Virus record (IMG/VR): IMGVR_UViG_3300025835_000036
Location: 1-25,953 of that record
DNA length: 25,953 nt
Source of the DNA: a virus
Lineage: Duplodnaviria > Caudoviricetes
Strand: one strand, 5' to 3'
A program made the translations under genes and the position numbers. Position 1 is the stretch's first letter. Every line of letters begins with the position of its first letter. The notes under the pieces were generated by a model that saw nothing but the letters and a program-made list of their open reading frames with translations, was not told where the DNA came from and did no database searches. Positions 15,854-24,776 of this stretch are shown one piece after another.

Positions 15854-15872
15854 TTCTGACCTTACCGCTCCA
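15798..15872 (+). tRNA. non-canonical tRNA-Gly-like element (ACC in the anticodon loop)
   Basis: 75 nt. Perfect acceptor stem GCGGTAA/TTACCGC with U discriminator and encoded CCA. D-like arm TGTT/AGCA; anticodon stem TCTCAC/GTGAGA with loop CTACCA; T arm GGCAG/CTG[A]CC with loop TGTGATT. Confidence 0.7.
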
Positions 15873-15888
15873 TTATTTAAGATAGATT

Positions 15889-16407
15889 ATGAAAAAACAA
15901 ATAAAAAAGAAAGTTGGCAGACCAAAAACTTTAATAAATGGAAACAATTCCGGAAATCAAACCAAAAATCAAGCCAGAAATCAAACCAAAAATCAAACCA
16001 GAAATCAAACCAAAAACTTAGGTGGTAGACCTCGGATAGTTTTTTCCGAATCTCAATGGAAAGAATTTGAAAGCCTTTGTGCTTTACAATGTACAAAAAT
16101 AGAAATTACAGAATGGTTTAATGTTGACGACAAAACTTTAGAAAATCTTTTAAAAAAACGCTATAAAAGAGGTTTTTCCGAAGTTTTTGCACAAAAAAGG
16201 ACTAAGGGATTAGTATCATTAAGAAGACGGCAATTTCAATTGGCAGAGACTAATCCAGCATTAGCCATCTTTTTGGGTAAGAACTATTTAAGCCAGAGAG
16301 ATAAAACAGAGATAGAGCATTCTGGTAGTCTTGAAGAGCGTATTCGCAATATGACCGAAGAGGATAGGCTTAAACGTATTGCGATATTAAAGCAAAAGAT
16401 TAAATGA
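15889..16407 (+). CDS. terminase small subunit (HTH type)
   Basis: GRP motifs, HTH (CTKIEITEWFNVDDKTL), LRRRQFQLA...LAIFLGKNYLSQRDK.EIEHSG; directly before TerL. Confidence 0.85.
   Translation: MKKQIKKKVGRPKTLINGNNSGNQTKNQARNQTKNQTRNQTKNLGGRPRIVFSESQWKEFESLCALQCTKIEITEWFNVDDKTLENLLKKRYKRGFSEVFAQKRTKGLVSLRRRQFQLAETNPALAIFLGKNYLSQRDKTEIEHSGSLEERIRNMTEEDRLKRIAILKQKIK
15955..16014 (+). repeat. 12-bp in-frame tandem repeat x5 in TerS
   Basis: AATCAARCCARA x5 encoding NQTK-NQAR-NQTK-NQTR-NQTK. Confidence 0.9.
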
Positions 16408-17816
16408 TAGCTGATGAGGAGATCCTTGAGTTAGAAGTTCTTTTACAATTTGAAGAAGCTGGAAAGTGTGTCGATGACTTTTACAGATTTTGCGTTTATA
16501 TGGATGAAGTTTTTTTTACAGAAAAAAAACAATATCTCAGGGATATAGCCATTGCATTACAGGAAGTAGAATCCGGTGGAATAAAGAAATTAATGATTTC
16601 ATTGCCTCCGAGAGCAGGCAAGAGTTATATTAGTTCTTTATTTTGCGCCTGGCTTATAGGTAAACATCCAGATGGGTCTATAATGCGAAACAGTTATGCT
16701 GCAGAGCTTGCAGAGAAATTCAGTTACGATATCAGGGAAATTATAAAATCTGATAAATATTTAGTGATTTTCCCGGATGTTAAATTAAGAAGCGATAAGC
16801 ACGCTGTTAATGATTGGGCAATTACTAAATCCAAGCAGAGCACTTACTTTTGTTCAGGTGTCGGTGGTGCAATAACTGGCAAAGGCTGTAATTTAGTTGC
16901 AATTTTAGACGATCCGATAAAAAATGTTGAAGACGCTTTATCAGAAACAATACTAACTAAAACGTGGCAATGGTATACATCAACACATAAATCAAGAGTT
17001 GAAAAAAACTGTCCCGAAATACACATTGCAACAAGGTGGTCGCAAAGAGATCCGATCGGTATGTTGTTAAAAGAGACTGATGAGGATTGGACTACAATCA
17101 TAGTGCCGGCTTTGAAAGAAAACGGCGAGACTTTTTGTGATGAAATTAAAACGACTGAGGAGTATTTAGAATTAAAAAAAATTACTGACGACTTTATTTG
17201 GGAAGCTGAGTTTATGCAGAATCCTATTGAAGCTAAAGGATTATTGTTTTTAGGTTTAAAAAGATTTACATTAAATGAAATTGAAAAATTTGAAAATCCA
17301 AATACACCAGAAAGATGGGACGGAATATTAAATTATACAGACACAGCAGATGAAGGAACTGATTACTTAGCGTCGGTGACTGGAAAGATAAAGGGGAGAT
17401 ATCTTTTTATAACCGACGTTGTTTTTACGCAAGAAAGCATTGAGATTACAGAGCCTATGGTTGCTCAGATGCTAATTGAAACCAAATGTGACAAAGCTGT
17501 AGTAGAATCTAACTCAGGCGGTAAATCTTTTGCAAAGAATGTAAAGGCTATTATACAGAATGTTAGTAACTGTATAATCAAGTGGAGAGCAAATACACAA
17601 AATAAGGAAACAAGGATATTAATGAAGTCCGGGCAAGTAAAGGAATATTTTAGATTTAGAGAAGACTATGAGATTGGTTCTGATTATGACAAATTTATGA
17701 GGCAGCTTACGAGTTATGTTAAGATGGGTAAAAACAAACACGATGACGCAGCCGATGCAATCACAGGCCTTGCAGAAGAATTTTTCAAGAGTTCAAGTTT
17801 AGAGATATTGAGATAA
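16404..17816 (+). CDS. terminase large subunit
   Basis: PPRAGKS Walker A, ILDDPIKN Walker B, ATRW, YTDTAD..DY and HDDAADA nuclease motifs. Confidence 0.95.
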   Translation: MIADEEILELEVLLQFEEAGKCVDDFYRFCVYMDEVFFTEKKQYLRDIAIALQEVESGGIKKLMISLPPRAGKSYISSLFCAWLIGKHPDGSIMRNSYAAELAEKFSYDIREIIKSDKYLVIFPDVKLRSDKHAVNDWAITKSKQSTYFCSGVGGAITGKGCNLVAILDDPIKNVEDALSETILTKTWQWYTSTHKSRVEKNCPEIHIATRWSQRDPIGMLLKETDEDWTTIIVPALKENGETFCDEIKTTEEYLELKKITDDFIWEAEFMQNPIEAKGLLFLGLKRFTLNEIEKFENPNTPERWDGILNYTDTADEGTDYLASVTGKIKGRYLFITDVVFTQESIEITEPMVAQMLIETKCDKAVVESNSGGKSFAKNVKAIIQNVSNCIIKWRANTQNKETRILMKSGQVKEYFRFREDYEIGSDYDKFMRQLTSYVKMGKNKHDDAADAITGLAEEFFKSSSLEILR

Positions 17817-18012
17817 CATATAACAAAATTTAAGAATCGAGCTTAAAATACCTGAGAGATATTTTAGGATTTGAGAGAGATATGGAGGTATAGGGGAAAT
17901 GAATGGAAGAAATACTCAAAATCATTCCGAGCTATGAAGGATTGGGATGTTATAAATGTGAATCAATAGCAGCTCTCGCTTATAAAAAGTATAAATTAGT
18001 GGGAGGTGTAAT

Positions 18013-19464
18013 ATGAGTTACCTTACTCAACTCGATCTCATCAAAAACAAGTTAGTCATTGATGGTAAGCTCAATACCTCAGCAATGATTAAAGACCTCA
18101 TTGAATCTGACCGAGCCAGTGAGGATAAAAAAGAAATGAATGAAGGGGTGAACTACTATAAAGGGGTTCACGATATTACTAAACGCAAGATTTATTATTA
18201 CAAAAACGGTGTGAAGGTTGTTGACGAAACAAAAACGAATAATAAACTTGTAAATGCTTTCCACAGGCTTCTGGTCGATCAAAAATCCGCTTATATAATT
18301 GGTAAAGGAATCAAATTCACAACCGAAGATGAAGACTTCCAGAATGCAATTAATGATGAGCTTAATGATTGGTTCCAAGATATCCTTGCACAATGGATCA
18401 AGGGAGCATCAAATAAAGGTATTGAATACGTTCATCTTTTTTTAGATGAAAATGGTAAACTCGATTATACTATAATTCCTGGCGAACAGATTATTCCGGT
18501 TTATGATTCGCAATTTCAAAAAGAATTGATGTATATAATTCGTTATTACATAATGGAAGTTCAGAATCAAACATCCGGTAAGTTTGAAATGAGATACAAA
18601 GTTGAATGGTGGGACAATGAGAAGGTAGAATTTTTCATTGAAACAGAAAACGGACATTTTATACTAGATCCGGATGAACCTTTAAATCCACGCTATCACT
18701 GGATTGAATTTAACACAAACAAAGCAGATGAAATAAAATCTAATTCGTGGGGTAAAATTCCTTTTATAGCACTGCCGAATAATGATTACAGTATTAATGA
18801 TCTCAAAGCAATTAAAGCCTTAATCGATGTTTACGATATAGTCGAATCTGATTTTTCTAATAACTTTCAGGATTTACAAGATGCTGTTTATGTTTTAAAA
18901 GGTTATCAGGGAACTGATTTAGGGCAATTTGTAAATGATTTAAGATTTTATAAAGCAGTCAAAACAGATGAGGATGGCGGTGTTGATAGTATTAGTTTTG
19001 AAATTCCTTATCAAGCCAGGAAAGAACTTCTTGATAGAATTGAGAATAATATTTACGAGTTAGGGCAAGGCGTAAATATGAGTGATGAAATAATAGGCAA
19101 TGCCTCCGGTGTTGCCTTAAGATATAAATATTCAGGTTTGGACTTAAAGGCGGGGAACTTGATTCGTAAACTCAAATATGCTCTTAAAGAGTTTATGTGG
19201 TTCTTAACAAAATATATAAATATGCGTGACGGAACGAATTACGATTATGAAGCTATTAGGTTTGATTTTAATTTGTCAATGCTTATAAATGAAGGCGAAC
19301 TAATTGATAATATTACCAAATCGATAGGCCTGGTTAGTAAAGAAACATTATTGAAAAAACATCCATTCGTTGAAGATGTAGGTAAAGAAATGGTTTTAAT
19401 TGAAAAAGAAAATGAGGGGAAAATAGATTTAACGATTCCTGATGATAATCAACCTATAAAATAA
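18013..19464 (+). CDS. portal protein, SPP1 gp6-like
   Basis: YYKGVHDI, NNKLVNAF..LVDQK..Y..G, WGKIPFI, LIDVYD..SD, GNASGVAL. Confidence 0.95.
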   Translation: MSYLTQLDLIKNKLVIDGKLNTSAMIKDLIESDRASEDKKEMNEGVNYYKGVHDITKRKIYYYKNGVKVVDETKTNNKLVNAFHRLLVDQKSAYIIGKGIKFTTEDEDFQNAINDELNDWFQDILAQWIKGASNKGIEYVHLFLDENGKLDYTIIPGEQIIPVYDSQFQKELMYIIRYYIMEVQNQTSGKFEMRYKVEWWDNEKVEFFIETENGHFILDPDEPLNPRYHWIEFNTNKADEIKSNSWGKIPFIALPNNDYSINDLKAIKALIDVYDIVESDFSNNFQDLQDAVYVLKGYQGTDLGQFVNDLRFYKAVKTDEDGGVDSISFEIPYQARKELLDRIENNIYELGQGVNMSDEIIGNASGVALRYKYSGLDLKAGNLIRKLKYALKEFMWFLTKYINMRDGTNYDYEAIRFDFNLSMLINEGELIDNITKSIGLVSKETLLKKHPFVEDVGKEMVLIEKENEGKIDLTIPDDNQPIK

Positions 19465-19473
19465 ACATATTTA

Positions 19474-20388
19474 ATGAATGACAAAATATATAATGATAGG
19501 ATTAGGCAAATTCTTGAAAGGTCAAATAAGATAAACGGTAGAACACTTTTATCATTTGAAAAACAGTTGGTAGAAGCTTATAAAAAGGCACTCAAAGAAA
19601 TACAAGAAGACATAAATAAGTTATTCCTGAAGTTTGAAAATCCAACCTATGCTGATGTAATTAAATTTAATAGATTAACAAATCTTGAGAAAAACATACA
19701 CGATGAAATCCAAAAGTTAACCAATGAATCTGTGAGGATAACAAGAAATTCAATTAAAGAATTATTCTCACAAAATTTCTATTATACTGGGTTCGCTTTA
19801 GAAAGCACAGGATTAAAATTAGGGTTTGGTTTATTAAGTCCTAAGATTATTGAAGCAGCAATATTAAATCCAATGGACAGGATTAAATGGACTGAAAGAT
19901 TAAAAGCGAATCAAATCGTATTTGAAAGGCAGATAAAAGAATCATTAACACAGGGGCTAATACAAGGCAAGGGTTATTTAAAAATAGCCAAGACTGTTAA
20001 AGATAGGGCTGAAATTGGGGTAGTTAAAGTAATGAGGATATTAAGGACAGAGGGGCATAGGGCACAAAATATGGGAAATCTTCAGGGTTATGGAAAATCA
20101 AAATCAGCAGCCAAGAGGTTGGGATTAACAACGATTAAATTATGGGTTCACAGTAATGTTAGAATCCCAAGACCAGATCACGTTGAGATGGATGACCAGC
20201 CCGCTAATGATGAAGGTGTTTTTACTTTACCAAGCGGAGTTACAACCGAAGCTCCGGGGCTTTCAGGCGAGCCAAGCGAAGACATTAATTGCAAATGCAG
20301 CACAAGATTAGAATTCCAGGGTTTCGGTGAAGGCAAGATTCCGCCGATTATGAGTTTCGATGAATGGATGTCATCAAAGAAAAAATAA
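19474..20388 (+). CDS. minor head protein (SPP1 gp7 / Mu gpF-like)
   Basis: RILRTE, K.W....R..RPDH..MD, INCKC; follows the portal. Confidence 0.9.
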   Translation: MNDKIYNDRIRQILERSNKINGRTLLSFEKQLVEAYKKALKEIQEDINKLFLKFENPTYADVIKFNRLTNLEKNIHDEIQKLTNESVRITRNSIKELFSQNFYYTGFALESTGLKLGFGLLSPKIIEAAILNPMDRIKWTERLKANQIVFERQIKESLTQGLIQGKGYLKIAKTVKDRAEIGVVKVMRILRTEGHRAQNMGNLQGYGKSKSAAKRLGLTTIKLWVHSNVRIPRPDHVEMDDQPANDEGVFTLPSGVTTEAPGLSGEPSEDINCKCSTRLEFQGFGEGKIPPIMSFDEWMSSKKK

Positions 20389-20425
20389 ATTATGACAGTA
20401 ATTTTAGGACTTAGTGTTTGAAGCA

Positions 20426-20498
20426 TTTGTAACCTTTAAAAGGTTCTATATTTTGTAACCTTTAAAAGGTTCTGGTTTTGTAACCTTTAAAAGGTTCT
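20426..20498. repeat. three identical 22-bp direct repeats with a palindromic core
   Basis: TTTGTAACCTTTAAAAGGTTCT at 20426, 20452 and 20477; linkers of 4 and 3 nt. Confidence 0.95.
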
Positions 20499-20722
20499 AT
20501 ACACTAAATCGATTTTGGAAGTTATGATAAAGGTTATGGTAATTTATAAAATTTATGCAACCATAATTTTATTAAGAAAAAATAAATTAAAATTTGTTTT
20601 TTAATAAAAAAAATATATATTAGTAAAAGTTAGACACATAGGGATTTGGTATTTCCACCGTAAAGGAAAGACGTTGTAGCAGACGAACTGCGTAATAATC
20701 GTAAACAGAAATAAGGGGAGTT

Positions 20723-21376
20723 ATGAAACTATCAGAAGTTCTTTCTCAGGATGAGTTAAATTTAGTTACAGAAAAATTAGGTGAGGATTTAAAATTAATT
20801 GAATCCAAACTTGAAGGTTTAGTGAAAGAGGATGCAAACAGCATTCCTAAATATCGGTTTGACGAAGTAGTCAAGCAAAAAAATGAATACAAAGCGGAAG
20901 CCGATAATTTTTCTAAAGAGCTAAATAAGATTAAAAAAAGTGCAGGTGATAATGAGGAACTTGCCTCGAAAATTGAAACGCTTCAAAAATCTTTAAAAGA
21001 CAAAGAAGCAGAATTTCAAAACAAGGAAACAGAAATCACAAAAAGATTTGCACTTAGAGAATCATTAAGAGATTCACAGGCAAAATTTCCAGACTTGCTT
21101 GAAGGTAAATTTAATCTTGATGAATTAGAACTCACGCCTGAAGGTAAGATTAAGGACTTTGAAATTAAATTAACTCCGGTAAAAGAAAAGTATAAAGATT
21201 TATTTGGTGAAACAAAAAGAGTAGGTACGCAGCCAAATATGGATGTGAAAAATCCATCAGCTAAAACTGAAATCGAAAGACTAAAAGAACAATTAAAAAT
21301 AGCTCAAGAAAATTATAAAACCGCCGAAGCTATATCAATAAAAAGACAAATAGCGGAGGCAGAAAAAGGGGAATAA
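20723..21376 (+). CDS. capsid scaffolding protein
   Basis: IPKYRFDEV plus a long coiled coil and Y.DLF motif; directly before the MCP. Confidence 0.85.
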   Translation: MKLSEVLSQDELNLVTEKLGEDLKLIESKLEGLVKEDANSIPKYRFDEVVKQKNEYKAEADNFSKELNKIKKSAGDNEELASKIETLQKSLKDKEAEFQNKETEITKRFALRESLRDSQAKFPDLLEGKFNLDELELTPEGKIKDFEIKLTPVKEKYKDLFGETKRVGTQPNMDVKNPSAKTEIERLKEQLKIAQENYKTAEAISIKRQIAEAEKGE

Positions 21377-21379
21377 AAT

Positions 21380-22315
21380 ATGGCAAATGTAGCAGCAGGG
21401 ACAGTATGGAATTTACCTAATTATTTAGGTGAAATTTTTACAGCATCGTTTCTACAAACACCTGTTCTATCAATGGCAGGCGGACTCAATGGAGTTAAAC
21501 AAGTTGATAATTTTGAATTTGCAGTAGATCAAACCTATGCACACGAATCAGCAGCACAGCCTGCAATAACAGAAACAGCATCACTCACAGCACCTACAGC
21601 AATTTCCTATGTAAGAGCACAGGACAAAAATGTATGTCAAATATTTCAAGAACAAGTTTCTATGTCTTATGCAAAACTGTCAACAAGTAAAAGATTATCA
21701 GGCATAGCAACAGCAGGAGAGACAGTGCAGCCAGTTAGTGAATTAGATTGGCAGATAGGAAGAGCACTGGAAAAAATTGCAAGAGATGCAGAGTACACAA
21801 TTATACAAGGGGCATATCAAATAGCAACATCGGCATCGGTTGCAAACAAAACAAGAGGATTGAATGCAGCAGCATCTACCACAATAGATGCAGCAAGTGC
21901 AACTTTAAGTAAAACATTATTAAGTCAATTACTTAAAGCTATGTATGATGCAGGTGCAGTATTTGCTAATCCAGTTGTGATTGGTAATTCATTCCAGAAA
22001 CAACAGTTATCAAATGCTTATGGATATGCACCGACTGATAGAACAGTGGGTGGATTAAATATTAAACAAATAGAAACTGATTTTGCTTCATTAGGCGTTG
22101 TACTTGATCCTTTCCAGGCGCCAGGTACTTTGTTAGTAGCAGATATGAAATTTGTTAATATAGTTTCGCAGCCTGTTCCGAAGAAAGGACATATGTTCTA
22201 CGAGCCTTTATCAAAAACAGGTGCAGGTGAATCTGGACAAGTTTACGGACAATTAGGTTTAGACCACGGGCCTGGTTTTATGCACGGGACAATTACATCA
22301 TTAGCAACATCTTAA
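21380..22315 (+). CDS. major capsid protein (SU10/DUF5309-like)
   Basis: TPVLS, NVCQIF...V, RDAEYTII.G, TRGL, IETDF motifs; position after the scaffold. Confidence 0.9.
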   Translation: MANVAAGTVWNLPNYLGEIFTASFLQTPVLSMAGGLNGVKQVDNFEFAVDQTYAHESAAQPAITETASLTAPTAISYVRAQDKNVCQIFQEQVSMSYAKLSTSKRLSGIATAGETVQPVSELDWQIGRALEKIARDAEYTIIQGAYQIATSASVANKTRGLNAAASTTIDAASATLSKTLLSQLLKAMYDAGAVFANPVVIGNSFQKQQLSNAYGYAPTDRTVGGLNIKQIETDFASLGVVLDPFQAPGTLLVADMKFVNIVSQPVPKKGHMFYEPLSKTGAGESGQVYGQLGLDHGPGFMHGTITSLATS

Positions 22316-22330
22316 ATAAGGGGGCAATAA

Positions 22331-22756
22331 ATGAGTTTAATAAATGATATAGGCAACGCACCTACCTTAAGAGATGAAATTGCTTTAAGAGATAAAGCTC
22401 TTGCTGGAGATTTAGTTTTTGTAGCAACACCTTCAACAGTAGCACCAGCACCGACATCATCGGCTTGGACACGCACTGTGGTGATAGAATTACAAACAGC
22501 AGCTGGAGAAGTTCACACGTGGTATAACAAAGCAATTACAAGCGGTGTTTCAATTGCTGATACTTCAACATTAGGGACAGCGACTATACCATCAACTACT
22601 TTGACATTTACAAATGGCAGAGCGTCAGTGGTAGTTAGTGGAGATGCACAGGCTTGGCTTAATGCTGAGACAGACACATTAACGGTAGCTGAAGCCACAA
22701 TTTTAGGTTATACAGTAACAGCTAAAACATCAGTAGAAACATTCACAACAGCATAA
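22331..22756 (+). CDS. putative capsid decoration protein
   Basis: Thr/Ala/Val-rich beta protein directly after the MCP and before a terminator. Confidence 0.6.
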   Translation: MSLINDIGNAPTLRDEIALRDKALAGDLVFVATPSTVAPAPTSSAWTRTVVIELQTAAGEVHTWYNKAITSGVSIADTSTLGTATIPSTTLTFTNGRASVVVSGDAQAWLNAETDTLTVAEATILGYTVTAKTSVETFTTA

Positions 22757-22761
22757 ACAGG

Positions 22762-22787
22762 GGCGGGATAATACTCGCCACTTTTTT
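22762..22787 (+). terminator. rho-independent terminator after the capsid genes
   Basis: GGCGGG-ATAATA-CTCGCC stem followed by ACTTTTTT. Confidence 0.6.
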
Positions 22788-22797
22788 GGGAGGTTAT

Positions 22798-23043
22798 ATG
22801 GTCTTTAGTTTAGATAAAGAAGAATCAGAACGTTACAGTTATCACGTTTATGATCCAAACACATCAAAAATTATAGCAATTTTTAAGGAAGGTAAGTTTG
22901 AGACTTCTGATAAAGACTTATGCAATAGATTGGTTGAGCTTGGATATAAACCAGAAAAATTAGAAGAAAACCAGATAGAAGAAATCATTGAGGTTGAAAA
23001 TCCACAAGAGAAGAAAGCAAAAGGGAAAATAAAAAAGAAATGA
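22798..23043 (+). CDS. small head-region hypothetical protein
   Basis: ATG at 22798 behind GGAGG; F..GKFET.D..L..RL.ELGY and a charged tail. Confidence 0.7.
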   Translation: MVFSLDKEESERYSYHVYDPNTSKIIAIFKEGKFETSDKDLCNRLVELGYKPEKLEENQIEEIIEVENPQEKKAKGKIKKK

Positions 23044-23432
23044 AAAAATTATATTTGATTTTAGTTTTAGTACTTGCGTTTTTTAGTTTGTCATTTGCAC
23101 AGGGGTATTCGACTGCAACAGTTGACAGCGGATTGGTTGTAAGTGATACTCTAACTATTCCTACTGGGAATGTAGTCCGTTCTTTAATTATTCCGGCAAA
23201 TCTTTCAGATAGCATTAGTATCTATGTGGGTTATAAAGAGAGCGGGGACTTATATCAGCTCTATAATGAAGATGGGACTGCTTATTTGATTGTAGGTGAC
23301 ACAAGCAAGACGATAGCGTATACTCTTCTTTATGATCGTTTAATTCCTTATAGATACATCTCTTTCAGAGGTTCTATTTATGATGATATAACAACAGATA
23401 AAAATATAATCATTATTTATAAAGAAGAATAA
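23040..23432 (+). CDS. hypothetical protein with a Sec signal peptide
   Basis: MKKLYLILVLVLAFFSLSFA|QG has n, h and c regions; translationally coupled on both sides. Confidence 0.75.
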   Translation: MKKLYLILVLVLAFFSLSFAQGYSTATVDSGLVVSDTLTIPTGNVVRSLIIPANLSDSISIYVGYKESGDLYQLYNEDGTAYLIVGDTSKTIAYTLLYDRLIPYRYISFRGSIYDDITTDKNIIIIYKEE

Positions 23433-23980
23433 TGGCAATTATTACACAGGCAGAGGTTAAGACTTTACTCCAGATCAGTGTAACGACCTACGATACGCTT
23501 ATATCTACTTTGATTCCTATTGTACAAGATAAGATTAACAATTATTGCGGCAACTCATTTGTAAAGACTGATATTTATGTTGCGGCGGATACAATAGCAT
23601 TTGTATCGGGGACTCCAGCTACGATAACAGATTCAGATTCTGGATTTGTTACTGGTGGTTTTACAAATTCAATTGACATATCGGTGGTAGGATCAAAACA
23701 GAATGACGGTGTTTATGCAGTTGATACTACTGTTGCTGGTACATTAACTCTTGCAACAGGTGAGACTTTAGTAACCGAAGCAGCTGGAAATGATATAGTT
23801 ATTACGAGAGTGATATTTCCAAAAGGAATTAAAACGGATGTTGCAGATTATATAGGTTATTTAATGATAACCTCTCACGGGGTTTCAAGTGAATCATTAG
23901 GTGATTATTCAGTAACGTATAAATCTGAAAAAGATATTTTAAAAAGATTTAATATTTATAGAGCTGTAAATTTTGAATGA
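23432..23980 (+). CDS. head-tail adaptor (gp6/gp15-like) with an inserted beta domain
   Basis: IITQAEVK..L.I....YD..I..LI......INNYC and GVSSESLGDYSVTY; about 85-aa Thr/Gly-rich insert. Confidence 0.85.
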   Translation: MAIITQAEVKTLLQISVTTYDTLISTLIPIVQDKINNYCGNSFVKTDIYVAADTIAFVSGTPATITDSDSGFVTGGFTNSIDISVVGSKQNDGVYAVDTTVAGTLTLATGETLVTEAAGNDIVITRVIFPKGIKTDVADYIGYLMITSHGVSSESLGDYSVTYKSEKDILKRFNIYRAVNFE

Positions 23981-24300
23981 TAGCACATATTTATAAACCC
24001 GGGATTATTATACAAAGATTCACAAGTGCATCAGATGGAATGGGCGGGTTTACAGATACTTGGGCAACTCACTTAACTATCTCAGGATATATAAGGACTT
24101 TATCAGGTGAAGAGAGATTATCAGGTGATAAACAAACTGTGTATGCAACTAATAGATTGTATTGTGAAAATGCAGATATAACAGAAAAGGATCAAGTTGT
24201 GGATGATTCAAATACATATCAAATAAAATTTATTAATCAAAAACTTGATTTAAAAAGTACGGTTAGATTTTTAGAAATAGATTTATTGAAAATAAATTGA
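23977..24300 (+). CDS. head closure/stopper protein (SPP1 gp16-like)
   Basis: IQR.....DGMGG....W...LSG.E, DITEKD.V...Y.I. Confidence 0.85.
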   Translation: MIAHIYKPGIIIQRFTSASDGMGGFTDTWATHLTISGYIRTLSGEERLSGDKQTVYATNRLYCENADITEKDQVVDDSNTYQIKFINQKLDLKSTVRFLEIDLLKIN

Positions 24301-24405
24301 ATATGAAAATAAATTGAATATGAAAATAAATTGAATATGAAAATAAATTAAATATGAAAATAAATTAAATATGAAAATAAATTAAATATGAAAATAAATT
24401 GAATA
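24287..24405 (+). repeat. 17-bp tandem repeat x7
   Basis: TGAAAATAAATTRAATA, seven copies (R = G,G,G,A,A,A,G). Confidence 0.95.
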
Positions 24406-24776
24406 TCTGGAATATAAAAGAATATCAGAAATATCTTAACCAGACTATTGCTGATAGATTAGTTGTAGCGGGTGAGCTTATAGTTTCTGTGACAAAAAAA
24501 AATATTAAAGGTACTGGTGAGCCGGGTTTGAAAGCTGTTGATACTGGTATGCTTTTAGGTAGTATTGATAAAAGTGAAGTAATAAAAGAAAGTGAAACCG
24601 TGCAAAAGATTGTGGTGGGTACACCAACTGAATATTCGCCTTATGTTTTTTTAGGAACTGTGAAGATGAGGGCAAGACCTTCTTTGCAAAGGGCGTTACT
24701 TGAGAATGGGAAAAAGATTGAAGAATTATTAGGTAAAGCTGGAAGCACGAAAACAACAATTGAGAAACCGCAATGA
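24399..24776 (+). CDS. tail completion protein (HK97 gp10-like)
   Basis: AVDTG.L.GSI, VGTPTEYSPYV.LGT.KMRARP.L; only a TTG start is available. Confidence 0.85.
   Translation: MNIWNIKEYQKYLNQTIADRLVVAGELIVSVTKKNIKGTGEPGLKAVDTGMLLGSIDKSEVIKESETVQKIVVGTPTEYSPYVFLGTVKMRARPSLQRALLENGKKIEELLGKAGSTKTTIEKPQ

Noticed and set aside
15798-15872. Ordinary translational tRNA-Gly
   Set aside because: Lacks D-loop GG and TTC, has a 6-nt anticodon loop and a T-stem bulge; kept only as a tRNA-like element.
20426-20498. CRISPR array
   Set aside because: Linkers are only 3-4 nt, so there are no spacers; no cas genes.
20636-20706. Structured RNA upstream of the scaffold gene
   Set aside because: Only 4-bp stems (TTCC/GGAA, GCAG/CTGC) are visible; insufficient without homologues.
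24287-24405. CRISPR array
   Set aside because: Head-to-tail tandem repeat with no unique spacers.
547-24759. Short antisense or out-of-frame ORFs in the track (e.g. 547-729, 1671-1901, 4583-4792, 7636-7893, 9889-10197, 10918-11247, 15834-16028, 18079-18393, 24505-24759)
   Set aside because: They overlap well-supported genes or promoters and lack RBSs and motifs.
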